A stretch of DNA of 64,000 nucleotides, taken from contig JBBROB010000013.1 in the NCBI GenBank assembly GCA_038229825.1, forward strand, positions 84,065 to 148,064. Direction: 5' to 3'. This document shows positions 39,884 to 48,818 of the stretch, one piece after another. Within the stretch, counting starts at the first letter, position 1. Every line of letters begins with the position of its first letter. A program made the position numbers and the translations under genes. The notes beneath the pieces were generated by a model. The model had not been told where the DNA came from. It saw nothing but the letters and a program-made list of their open reading frames with translations, and did no database searches. The stretch is from Mycobacteriales bacterium (GTDB taxonomy: Bacteria > Actinomycetota > Actinomycetes > Mycobacteriales > Nakamurellaceae).

Positions 39884-41977
39884 TCAGTCGGTGGCCGTTG
39901 CGAACTGCTCGGCGGGGATGATCGCCTCGACGGCAGCTGATGAGTCGTCCAATGCGACCGGCCGCACCCGACCGCCGATGGCCTCGACCCGGTCGAGTAC
40001 CTGCTGCCAGCCAGGAGTGTCGGTGACCCCGGACCCGCCCGACTCGCGTCCGCTGACCGTCACCCGCAGCGAGGACTCCACGGAGCAGATCGCAATCCGT
40101 GCGCCGGGCTCGAACCTGTCCAGCGCCCAGATGCAGAAAGCGTAGGCGGCCGTCTCTGCGGAGGTCCCATACCGGTGGTCGCTGTTCTCGGCCATGATGA
40201 CGGGACGGTGCGCCGACCTCCCGGCGTGCGTGTGCAGGGCGGCGAGCAGACCGTGCCGGGCCAACAGCGGCGGCAGCACCCCGGTGGTAATGGCCCGCAG
40301 CGCCTCGATCGCCTGCGCCGTCGCGGCATGCATCTGTGCCAGCTCGGCGCCGGTGGCGGCCGGATCAGCGACCACCTGCCCGTGCAAGCGCACGAGTGCG
40401 ACCGGGAATTCCTCCAGCGCCGCGACCACCTTTGTCCGGATGGCCGCCGCCACCTGCTCACGCTCGATGACCGCAGCGGTGACCAACCGGCGCCGCGCCG
40501 CGCGGAGTTCTGCGTCTTGCGCGAGGAGCTCCTCGGCCCGGATGCGCAACGCCGCGGCCAGTGCGGCGTTGCGGAATGCGGGTGCCGCCCGGTCGGCGAA
40601 GTTTGCCAGCAGCCGCCGGTCCGCCCGGCTGAGCGACCGCCCGGGGGCGAGCATCAACCCGATGCGCCCTACCGCCTCGCCGTCATGGCGGACCGGGACG
40701 CTGACCGTGTTGTCTGCGGGTTCCCCACCCGAGGGTGAAGGCCAGCACTCGGTTACCTCGTCGCGGCCGGCGACCAGGACTGTTGCGCACGCGCCGCGAA
40801 CGCCGAAGGCGGAAACGCTGCTGCGAGCGACCAGCAGGAGAAGCTCGCGTTCGGACAGGGTGGCGGCCAACTGCCGGCCGAAGGCGGCCAGGCTGTCGTA
40901 CGGCGCGGCCCGTCGCCCGTAGACGACACGGTCGGCCAGTCGGCCGATATGCCGTCGCAATGGCTGAAATGCCAACGCCACCAACACATAGGACAGCACC
41001 GATGACCACGTGGTGAACCAGACGCCGCCGATCAAACCACCGATCGCCACCACCAGCGCGACGTAGCCGACCGTCACGAAGGCACCGAGCACAGCCAGCC
41101 GCACCGCGCTGCCGATGATCAGGTCGATGTCGTACAGGCGGTAGCGCAGCACGGCGAACCCGGTCGCCACCGGCACCGAGAGGTAACCGAGGTAGAACAG
41201 CAGGGAGAACAGCCAGCCCATTGTGCTGCCGCCGGCATGCGCCACGTTGTCCGTGACGTAGAGGATCAAGGTCAACGCCAGCGCCAGCGCCGCGACCCCG
41301 ATCCACCGCAGTTGCTGGCGTTCTTCACCCGCCGACCGGCGCAACCGCACCACCAGCGCAATCACCCCGCAGACCAGACCGGCGGTCACCGCCAGTTGGC
41401 CGATCAGTTCCAGCAGGTTCGCGGTCGGGCTGGTGTCGACCGGTCCGGACGGGGTGAAGCTGGACGGCGGGATCAGCAGCAGGCCAACGACTACCACCGC
41501 GTAGCCGCCGACGAGCAGGACGAACACCGGACGCCACCGCCGCGATGGCAGCCGACCGTCCGGGACCAGCATCAGCAGTAGGCCCACCAGCGTCAGCGCA
41601 TAGGATGCACCGACCACCTTGGACACCCAGGCGGCCACCTGTCCCACCTGCAGGGGCAGTGGGAGGCGGTGCACCATCACCCCGCCGGCCAGCGTCTGCC
41701 CGGCGAGGCCGATGGCAGCGCCGGCCTGGCCGAAGCAGAACAGCCAGCCGATCCGATGCCCGGGGTGCCGTTGGACGATCATGGCCCCCACCACGGCCCC
41801 GATCACCAAAGCCACCGTGATAACCGGAAACGCCTGGTCGTTCGCCTCCCGCGAGAGCAGCGGCACTCCCGACGCAACCAGCAGAACAGGCTGGGCGACC
41901 GAACCCAGAACCGTCACACCAGCCAGCAGCCAGGCAAGCAAACGGCGCCAGTCGACCGGCGGATCCGCCGTCCTCAT
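39884..41977 (-). CDS. Membrane GAF-domain histidine-kinase paralogue with degenerate H-box and N-box (pseudokinase)
   Basis: 697 aa with about 8 TM segments and a central GAF-like region. The DHp-like 'VIEREQVAAAIRTKVVAALEE' lacks the His. The ATPase-like C-terminus 'AAYAFCIWALDRFEPGAR...LDRVEAIGGRV' lacks the Asn box. ATGA overlap with the upstream kinase gene. Confidence 0.7.
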   Translation of the reverse strand: MRTADPPVDWRRLLAWLLAGVTVLGSVAQPVLLVASGVPLLSREANDQAFPVITVALVIGAVVGAMIVQRHPGHRIGWLFCFGQAGAAIGLAGQTLAGGVMVHRLPLPLQVGQVAAWVSKVVGASYALTLVGLLLMLVPDGRLPSRRWRPVFVLLVGGYAVVVVGLLLIPPSSFTPSGPVDTSPTANLLELIGQLAVTAGLVCGVIALVVRLRRSAGEERQQLRWIGVAALALALTLILYVTDNVAHAGGSTMGWLFSLLFYLGYLSVPVATGFAVLRYRLYDIDLIIGSAVRLAVLGAFVTVGYVALVVAIGGLIGGVWFTTWSSVLSYVLVALAFQPLRRHIGRLADRVVYGRRAAPYDSLAAFGRQLAATLSERELLLLVARSSVSAFGVRGACATVLVAGRDEVTECWPSPSGGEPADNTVSVPVRHDGEAVGRIGLMLAPGRSLSRADRRLLANFADRAAPAFRNAALAAALRIRAEELLAQDAELRAARRRLVTAAVIEREQVAAAIRTKVVAALEEFPVALVRLHGQVVADPAATGAELAQMHAATAQAIEALRAITTGVLPPLLARHGLLAALHTHAGRSAHRPVIMAENSDHRYGTSAETAAYAFCIWALDRFEPGARIAICSVESSLRVTVSGRESGGSGVTDTPGWQQVLDRVEAIGGRVRPVALDDSSAAVEAIIPAEQFATATD

Positions 41978-43233
41978 GACAGCGGAATCTGCGCGGAGAC
42001 TGTCGTGCCGCCGCCGGCCGTGCTCTGCAGGAACAACCTGCCCCCGAGCGACTCGACGCGGTCCCGCATGTTGCCCAGCCCAGAGCCGGCCGGCAGCGCC
42101 TGGGTGACGAAACCGGATCCGTCGTCCTCGATCGATACGTCCAGTTGGTCGTCGGTCTGCCGAAGTCGAACCACGACACCCCGTGCGGCTGCATGCTTGA
42201 CGGCGTTCTGCACCGCCTCCAGGCAGGTGAAATAGGCCGCGGCCTCAACCTGCATCCGGAACCGCCGGGTTGTCTCGTCCAGTATGGTCACCGGTATCGG
42301 ACTGGTGGCCACCGCATTGCGAAAGGCCGCAGCCAGTCCCGAGTCGGCCAGCAACTGCGGATAGATCCCGCGGGACAGGTCCTGCAGAGTGACCAGCGCG
42401 GCCGCCGCGGCGGGCCGGAGGTCCCGGATCAGGTCGGCGGCCCGATGGGGGTTGCGGCCGGTCACCGAGGCGGCGAGGCTCAGATTCACCGCGAGTGCAA
42501 CGAGATGCTGTTGAGCGCCGTCGTGCACGTCCCGCTCGAGCCGGTGCCGGGCCGAGTCAGCTGCAGCGACGATCCGCTGGCGCGACGCCCGCAGTTCGGC
42601 GGATCTTCGAATGCTCTCGGAGATGCGCTGCCGCAGTTCGATTGTAAGAGCGACGGTGCGCAGTGCCACGCCGGCCTGACCGACCAGGTCATGAACGAGC
42701 CTGCCCTCCACCGGGCTGATCCGGCCGGCGTCGCCCTCGTCCCTGAGCAACCGACCCATCAATTCACCGTCCTGCAGCACGTCATCGACCCGGACGCCCG
42801 GCTGAGCGGGATCCATCGGCTCGGACTCGGCCGGCCATCGCGCTGCCAATTCCTGTCGCCCGGATACGCCATGCCGGGCCAGCCACACTTCCGTCCGGCG
42901 CGCGCCGGTGGCTTCGGCAAGCAACTGCGCCATCCGCGGAGCGACCTGATCCACCGCTCCGGCCGCGGCCAGGGTCTCCTCGAACTGCACCAGAAGGTCC
43001 TGATCGGTGGTGACTATTCGTCGCCGGAGCGCCAGTCGGACCGGTTCAAGGGAGACCGCGACAACCGCTGTCGCCAGCACCGCCAGTGGCAGGTTGGGCG
43101 GGGCGCTGTGGATGGCGGCGCCGCCGGCCACCACGATGGCCGCGTAGAGGGCAGCGACATAGCCGGCCGTGCCCACGGTGACCAGAACCCGGCCGAACAC
43201 CGCCGATCCGGGATGTCGCTCGTCACGAACCAT
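41974..43233 (-). CDS. Sensor histidine kinase (HisKA_3 / NarL-partner type)
   Basis: H-box 'RHRLERDVHDGAQQHLVAL', N-box 'LEAVQNAVKHA', and G-boxes 'EDDGSGF' and 'GSGLGNMRDRVESLGGRL'. The start is uncertain (ATG 43233 chosen). Confidence 0.8.
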   Translation of the reverse strand: MVRDERHPGSAVFGRVLVTVGTAGYVAALYAAIVVAGGAAIHSAPPNLPLAVLATAVVAVSLEPVRLALRRRIVTTDQDLLVQFEETLAAAGAVDQVAPRMAQLLAEATGARRTEVWLARHGVSGRQELAARWPAESEPMDPAQPGVRVDDVLQDGELMGRLLRDEGDAGRISPVEGRLVHDLVGQAGVALRTVALTIELRQRISESIRRSAELRASRQRIVAAADSARHRLERDVHDGAQQHLVALAVNLSLAASVTGRNPHRAADLIRDLRPAAAAALVTLQDLSRGIYPQLLADSGLAAAFRNAVATSPIPVTILDETTRRFRMQVEAAAYFTCLEAVQNAVKHAAARGVVVRLRQTDDQLDVSIEDDGSGFVTQALPAGSGLGNMRDRVESLGGRLFLQSTAGGGTTVSAQIPLS

Positions 43234-43336
43234 CGGATCAGTCTGCGGGACAACACGGCCGAAGGGCAGGGGAGAAACCGTACGGCCGGGGTGGTGCCAG
43301 CACCACCCCGGCGGGTGAGAACCTCCGGGAGGTACC

Positions 43337-44020
43337 TCAGCGGCCCGGGATGGGACCTGGGGTTGCCTCCAAAAACCTGAGGACGGCCAGTACCCGACGG
43401 TTGACATCCGCCTCCTCGGACACACCCAGTTTCCCGAACAGCGAGTTCGTGTGCTTCTCCACCGCCCGCTCGCTGACGAACAATGCTCGAGCGATGGAGG
43501 CATTGTTCTTGCCGGTAGCCATTTCTCGCAGCACATCCAGCTCGCGCTCGGTCAGCGTGGTCAGCGGTGAGCGGTGCTGCGCTGTCCGCATGGCAACCAG
43601 GGCCTCCACCACCAGCGGGTCAAGCGCCGAACCTCCGGTGCACACGGCCTTCAGCGCTGCGACCAGTTCTTCCACCTTGGCAACGCGCTCTTTGAGCAGG
43701 TAACCGAGCCCGGCGACTCCGTCGGAGAACAACTCGATCACATCGGCCGGTGCGGCGTACTGGGAGAGCACCACGACCCCGGTCCCCGGGTGCTGACGTC
43801 GGATCTGTTTGGCGGCTCTGAGGCCCTCGTCGGTGAAGGTCGGCGGCATCCGGATGTCGGTCAACACCACATCGGGTGTTGTCGCCGCGACTAGGTCCAG
43901 CAGGCCCGCAACGTCTTCGGCCAGTCCCACTACTTCGATGCTCTCGTCCTCGTCGAGCAGCGCTGCGGTGCCCTGCCGAACCAGGAAGTGATCATCGGCA
44001 AAGACCACTCGCAGAGGCAT
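43337..44020 (-). CDS. NarL/LuxR-family two-component response regulator
   Basis: REC domain 'LRVVFADDHFLVRQG' and 'DVVLTDIRMPP'. C-terminal HTH 'LTERELDVLREMATGKNNASIARALFVSERAVEKHTNSLFGKLG'. Confidence 0.9.
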   Translation of the reverse strand: MPLRVVFADDHFLVRQGTAALLDEDESIEVVGLAEDVAGLLDLVAATTPDVVLTDIRMPPTFTDEGLRAAKQIRRQHPGTGVVVLSQYAAPADVIELFSDGVAGLGYLLKERVAKVEELVAALKAVCTGGSALDPLVVEALVAMRTAQHRSPLTTLTERELDVLREMATGKNNASIARALFVSERAVEKHTNSLFGKLGVSEEADVNRRVLAVLRFLEATPGPIPGR

Positions 44021-44204
44021 CGATCGACCCTAGCGCAGCAGGTGGCCGGTGTACGGGTGGCTGGCATCCCTTCCTGGCAGAAGCCAGCCCTCCTTGCCGG
44101 GGGTGGTTTGTCGGCCGTGCGAGGTCGTGCTCGCAGGCTGCCGGCGAGCGACGGCAGTTCGTAGCTTTGAACCCGACCCGCTCACCACCACCCAGGGAGA
44201 ACCC

Positions 44205-44924
44205 ATGAGTACTGCAACATCGCGCAAGCGCCAGACCAGGCGTGGAACCGCCGCCATTGCGTTAGGGACCATCCTGATCGTCGTCGGTGGACTTGCTGCC
44301 GCCGCGTCGATCGCCCTGATCGCTCTTTTCGGCACGGCCGGCAGACTTGATTCCGGGCCGCACCAGATCGCCAGTTCGGGGGCGGCCGTGGTGTCCGACG
44401 TATCGAAGATCCAGAACACCAGGGGCGTCGGCGCCGTCACCGGCTGGCCGGCCCTGCACCTGAGCGCCGGCGGCGGGAATGCCTCTGGCATCTTCGTCGG
44501 GATCGGGCGGTCCGACGACGTGGACAGATACCTGGCAGGTGTCGCTGTTGATCAGGTGACCGATCTCAACCTGCGGCCGTTCGAGCTCACCGTCACTCGA
44601 AAACCAGGCTCTGCCAGCGTATTGGCGCCTAGCCAGCAACACTTCTGGGTCGCCTCGGCGACGTCCGGGTCGCTGGCAGAGCTGACCTGGCGGGTCACCG
44701 ACGGGAGTTACCGGATGGTGATCATGAATGCCGACGGCTCATCGAACCTGATCACGCAGGCACAGGTGCAGATCGTGCTGCCCAACGCGTTTCCGCTGTC
44801 GGTGGCGGCGCTGAGCGTCGGCGTGCTGATCATCGGGGCCGGGATCGTGGTCCTTGTGGTCGGCGTCCGCCGCGAACGCCGCCGTGACGGGAGAACACTT
44901 TCGAGGGCGGGGCTTACCTGCTGA
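44205..44924 (+). CDS. Hypothetical bitopic membrane protein (N- and C-terminal TM helices, extracytoplasmic middle)
   Basis: AGGGAGA lies upstream of ATG 44205. 'AAIALGTILIVVGGLAAAASIALIALF' and C-terminal 'LSVAALSVGVLIIGAGIVVLVVGV'. No family recognised. Confidence 0.5.
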   Translation: MSTATSRKRQTRRGTAAIALGTILIVVGGLAAAASIALIALFGTAGRLDSGPHQIASSGAAVVSDVSKIQNTRGVGAVTGWPALHLSAGGGNASGIFVGIGRSDDVDRYLAGVAVDQVTDLNLRPFELTVTRKPGSASVLAPSQQHFWVASATSGSLAELTWRVTDGSYRMVIMNADGSSNLITQAQVQIVLPNAFPLSVAALSVGVLIIGAGIVVLVVGVRRERRRDGRTLSRAGLTC

Positions 44925-45302
44925 ATGTGTTTTGCGGCCTAGAACTATCGACCCCGTTGATGGCTCGCCATTGGTGCGTCGAGGCCAGTCGGCAGCCCCG
45001 GACGTTGCTGAGGGCGTCCGAGACTTCCACGCGCAGGTCGTGCAGCCGGACATGGCGAGCTGATCGGCGCTGACGACACCACGCTGTACGCGGGCAGGGC
45101 CCGGTGGACGCAATCGAGTCATGGCCGCCGAGGCGCGATCAACGGTGGGCGGGGCGTTCTCGGACCGGTGATCGTCGGACGATCCGAGAACACCCCGCTG
45201 GGCCAAGACGGCGATGTGTAATCGACCGGCGCCGTTGCCGATTCGGCAAAGTCCACCGCGCCCAGCCTGCCGTCGACAGGATGATCCGCAGTCGGCCGGT
45301 CA

Positions 45303-45716
45303 CTACATTCCAATCCCGCCGCCGGCCAGATATTGGCCGTTGCTGGGTGAGTACTCCTTGATCTCCTTGAATTTCAGGCAGCGAGAACACTCGAGGTGGG
45401 AGGAACTACGGTTCTCCGGGTTGTCGTCGGTGATCAATTTGTAGCGGTGCCGGCCCAGCCGGCACTTCCAGAACTTGACCGATTTCATCTCAACCGACAT
45501 TTCTGGCTCCTTGAGAGCTTTTCGTAGGGAAATGGCGCCGACCAACAGGCCGGTCGCTTGCGGAATCTGCCGCCGCCGGGGGAGCAGGCACAGATCGGCA
45601 CGGAACTCGTCTTCATAGCGGTCGCGGTGGCCGGGCGGCAACATCCGGACGGTCAGGGTCACCATCGCGGCGGCCACCGGCGTGGGATGCCGGGTGGGCA
45701 GGCCTGGTGCGTTCAC
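45303..45716 (-). CDS. PadR-associated hypothetical protein with a C-terminal Cys/His zinc-ribbon-like (DUF1660-like) tail
   Basis: ATGA-type overlap with the padR stop. N-terminal 'RDRYEDEFRADL' is typical of PadR-linked partner proteins. C-terminal 'CRLGRHRYK...LECSRC'. The 3' half looks visibly AT-richer. Confidence 0.5.
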   Translation of the reverse strand: MNAPGLPTRHPTPVAAAMVTLTVRMLPPGHRDRYEDEFRADLCLLPRRRQIPQATGLLVGAISLRKALKEPEMSVEMKSVKFWKCRLGRHRYKLITDDNPENRSSSHLECSRCLKFKEIKEYSPSNGQYLAGGGIGM

Positions 45717-46048
45717 GACAGATCGCCGATCGCACGCAACCTGCCGGTCAGCTTGGCCCTGACGGCGTTGGCCTCCGCCAGCGACTGGCGGGCCATCATC
45801 AGGCCCCGCTCGGAGATCCGGTAGTAGCGCCGCCGCGGCCGGCCCTCCTGCGTCGGATCGATTTGCTCCCAGTCACTCTCGACCCATCCGAGATTCTCCA
45901 GGCGAGCCAGGATCGGATGGATCGTGCCGCTGGGCAAACCGGTGATGGTACCGATCTCGAGCCCGTATCTGATCGTCGTCGGCTCCTCGACGAACATGCG
46001 CAGGACAGCCTGGGTCGTCATGGTCATGCGGGGGGTGGACTCGAGCAT
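45713..46048 (-). CDS. PadR-family transcriptional regulator
   Basis: 111 aa with 'YGLEIGTITGLPSGTIHPILARLENLGWVESDWE' and 'RRRYYRISERG'. Confidence 0.85.
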   Translation of the reverse strand: MLESTPRMTMTTQAVLRMFVEEPTTIRYGLEIGTITGLPSGTIHPILARLENLGWVESDWEQIDPTQEGRPRRRYYRISERGLMMARQSLAEANAVRAKLTGRLRAIGDLS

Positions 46049-46170
46049 GGCTGTATTCTACCTAGGGCCTAGGTAGAGCACAATCCCCATACCGTTGTTC
46101 TGGCGATGTTCGGCGGGGCCCGCGGTCCTGCGAGCTAGCATCATGCCGGCGTAGGCCTATCGTTGCCAGC

Positions 46171-47457
46171 GTGATCATGGACCCGCACCAGGGTCAGGCC
46201 CGCCCGGTGTATCGCCGGACGCCGTTTCTGGCTGAGAGGCTGTTCCCCGTGCTGGCGACGGTGGTGCTCATCGCCGTCGGGATGCTCACGACGACCTGGG
46301 GTGCACTGCTGATCGGCGAGCACTCCTGGGCGTTGCCGCATGACCTGTGGCGGACGTTGGTTGCAGCACAACGCCTGCGCGAGCTCGACCTCGCCGGCCT
46401 TTACACGCCGCCCACCGCCCTGGTCACGTTTCCGGGCGCGGCGTTGATGCTGGTGCCGGTGGTCGCGGTGATCGACGCGATCGGACTCGGGCTCGGATTT
46501 CAGAACGCGCAGAACCCCTTTCCCGTTGCCTGGCTGGTCGCCGGACCGTATGAGATCGTCCTGTCCGCCTCGGTTCTGTTCGCGGCCGAGGTGATCGCCG
46601 TTCGGCTCGGGGCCGATCGGCGGAGTCGGGCGCTGCTGGCCGCCGCCGGAGCGGTTGCGGTGTGGAATGTTTCGGTCCGTTGGGGTCACCCAGAGGACGC
46701 GGTCGCGGTGGCGCTGATGCTGTACGCCGTCGTGGCGCTGTCGGATTCCCGACCGGTTCGATCCGCCTGGCTGGTCGGCGCGGCAGTGGCCGTGCAACCG
46801 CTGGTGCTACTGGGACTTCCGGTGCTGCTGGTGACGATGCAACCCCGGCGGGTATTGGGCTTCCTCGCCACTGCGGCAGTGCCGGGCACGCTGCTGTTCG
46901 GCGCCGCCGCAGCGGCGAACTGGCACGCGACGCTCGGTGCGGTGACCAGACAGCCGAATTGGCCGACCCACAACCATTCGACTCCGTGGACGGCGCTGGC
47001 TCCCCAGCTGGGTGGGGGAGCGGTGGCCGCCGGCCCGTCGCGCGCGTTGGCAATACTGTTCGCCGGTGGATGTGCCGTCGTCGTCGCACGTCGATGGCGT
47101 GCGCGGCGCCTGCCGATCTCGAGCCCGCCGGCACTTTCCGAGACGTTGTGGTGGCTGTCGCTAGCGCTGGCCTTCCGCTGCGTGTTCGAGCCGGTGATGG
47201 TCGCGTACTACCTGTGGCCGGTCCTCGCAGTGGCTCTCATCGCCTCGTCGGCCGGCCGACAACGACTGGTGGCGACCTCGGTGGCCGTCACGATCCTCAC
47301 CTTCGCCTCACAGGCCTCGTCGCGGGGTCCCTGGGCCTGGTGGGGATCAATGGTGGTCGGGCTGGCGCTCACCCTGCTCCTGGCCCGGCCGCAGCAACTT
47401 GGGCCGCCCGGGGAGCAGTGGCCGGTACCGGCGGCCCCAACCGAACCGGGCCGATGA
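46171..47457 (+). CDS. Polytopic integral membrane protein (possibly a GT-C/DUF2029-like glycosyltransferase; family not certain)
   Basis: 428 aa with more than 10 hydrophobic segments and coding-like composition. No diagnostic motif that I can name. Confidence 0.5.
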   Translation: MIMDPHQGQARPVYRRTPFLAERLFPVLATVVLIAVGMLTTTWGALLIGEHSWALPHDLWRTLVAAQRLRELDLAGLYTPPTALVTFPGAALMLVPVVAVIDAIGLGLGFQNAQNPFPVAWLVAGPYEIVLSASVLFAAEVIAVRLGADRRSRALLAAAGAVAVWNVSVRWGHPEDAVAVALMLYAVVALSDSRPVRSAWLVGAAVAVQPLVLLGLPVLLVTMQPRRVLGFLATAAVPGTLLFGAAAAANWHATLGAVTRQPNWPTHNHSTPWTALAPQLGGGAVAAGPSRALAILFAGGCAVVVARRWRARRLPISSPPALSETLWWLSLALAFRCVFEPVMVAYYLWPVLAVALIASSAGRQRLVATSVAVTILTFASQASSRGPWAWWGSMVVGLALTLLLARPQQLGPPGEQWPVPAAPTEPGR

Positions 47458-48511
47458 AGTCGTGGTTCAGGTCGCGGTGCAGCAGGCCCGGCAGCGAGAT
47501 GATCGTCTGGGTCAGCAAAGTCACCAGGAAGACCGGAACAACGAACGGGGCGATGAAGAACAGTACCCAGCAGAATGGGCTGTCCTGGTAGTTCGGGTTG
47601 GCCAGTCGGGTCGCTGTGGCGGCGAGCGCATAGGCCCCTACCAGCAGGATGATCAACGGCAGCCATTCGACCGTGGTGATCAGCTGCCAAATGAACTTGT
47701 CGAACCAGGCCCCGGCGGTGAACATGGTGTGCGGATCGAAATTCAGCGGCAGCGCAAGGTAGAGGCTCCACACACCGACACCGACCCCGAGCACATAGAG
47801 GGGGACCGTGATCCATCGCTTTGGGGGCCCGGTTTTGGACGTGGCGAGCAGACCGGCCGCGCCGATCAGGCCAAGAAAGACCAGGGTGGTGAACCAGGAC
47901 TGCCAGTACCAGTGGCCGCTCGGCTTGCCGCCCCACAGGCGGAAGCCGGTGTTCAGGAGCAGGTAGGTCGAACACCAGCCGAGGAACGCGGTGACCACCA
48001 GGGCGACCAGGGCGACTTTGTGGAACAGCCAATACCGCGCTGCGGTCACGCCGGCCCAGAACAGGCGGGACTGGAAATTGTTCATCGGTCGGGCGAGCTC
48101 CTTGTCCCGCATCGCCGTGATGAAGATGTAGTCCGCGAAATCCCGAAGGTTCGCCGCCAGAGCCTTGTCCTGCCCTTTGGCGGCATCGGACTTGTTGCAC
48201 AGGTAGTCGTGCACCAGAGCGGCCGGCAGATGTCTGCCGTAGGTGGCAAGCACCCCGCGCAGGGCCGACGGCACAGACGCCAGATCTGTGCATGCTTCGC
48301 ACTCGGTGGGGTGATGTGGCGACGGGACCGGCCCGCCTGGAACGTGTATCCACGCGTCGAGGTGCAGGTGATCTCGGACGTGCTTTTCAAGCCCCGCCTC
48401 GGTGGGCGCGTAGTGGAACGGGGTCAGGATGTGGAAGATCTTCTGGTCGACTGCTTGAAGCTGCAGATCCGCTAGATCCCACGGGTTGTCCTGCGGTCCG
48501 CGGTAGGGCAT
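47369..48511 (-). CDS. DUF1353-like domain protein fused to a multi-TM C-terminal region
   Basis: GAGGAG lies upstream of ATG 48511. N-terminal 'TDLASVPSALRG...AALVHDYLC' resembles DUF1353. About 7 TM segments follow. The 3' end overlaps the convergent gene by 89 bp. Confidence 0.55.
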   Translation of the reverse strand: MPYRGPQDNPWDLADLQLQAVDQKIFHILTPFHYAPTEAGLEKHVRDHLHLDAWIHVPGGPVPSPHHPTECEACTDLASVPSALRGVLATYGRHLPAALVHDYLCNKSDAAKGQDKALAANLRDFADYIFITAMRDKELARPMNNFQSRLFWAGVTAARYWLFHKVALVALVVTAFLGWCSTYLLLNTGFRLWGGKPSGHWYWQSWFTTLVFLGLIGAAGLLATSKTGPPKRWITVPLYVLGVGVGVWSLYLALPLNFDPHTMFTAGAWFDKFIWQLITTVEWLPLIILLVGAYALAATATRLANPNYQDSPFCWVLFFIAPFVVPVFLVTLLTQTIISLPGLLHRDLNHDFIGPVRLGPPVPATAPRAAQVAAAGPGAG

Positions 48512-48818
48512 CTTTGCTCCTCGCTGAGTCCGGGATACCGGCCGAATCATGCTGGTCCGGGTCCGCCGGGTCAAGAGCGGCCGTGGCACATCGGGATGAC
48601 CCGTGACGGCGGCGGAGTCCAAGCCGTGTGCGGGTGAACACGCAGCGGCGTTATCGGTGACTCTCCGGAGTAGGCTTTCACTGACGGTATTTCGCCGGTG
48701 GGGGTTTGGTTCATACGGGGGCTTTGTGACTGTTCAAACTGTGCACCAGAGTGTAAGACCGGAGCGGCGCACGCATCATAAGCATGAATGCGCGAGTCAC
48801 TCTTCGTCGCCAGGATCG

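Noticed and set aside
44739-45206. 155-aa minus-strand ORF and neighbouring small ORFs in 44925-45302
   Set aside because: It overlaps the 3' end of the 44205-44924 gene in antisense, and its translation is Arg/Pro/Ala-rich and featureless.
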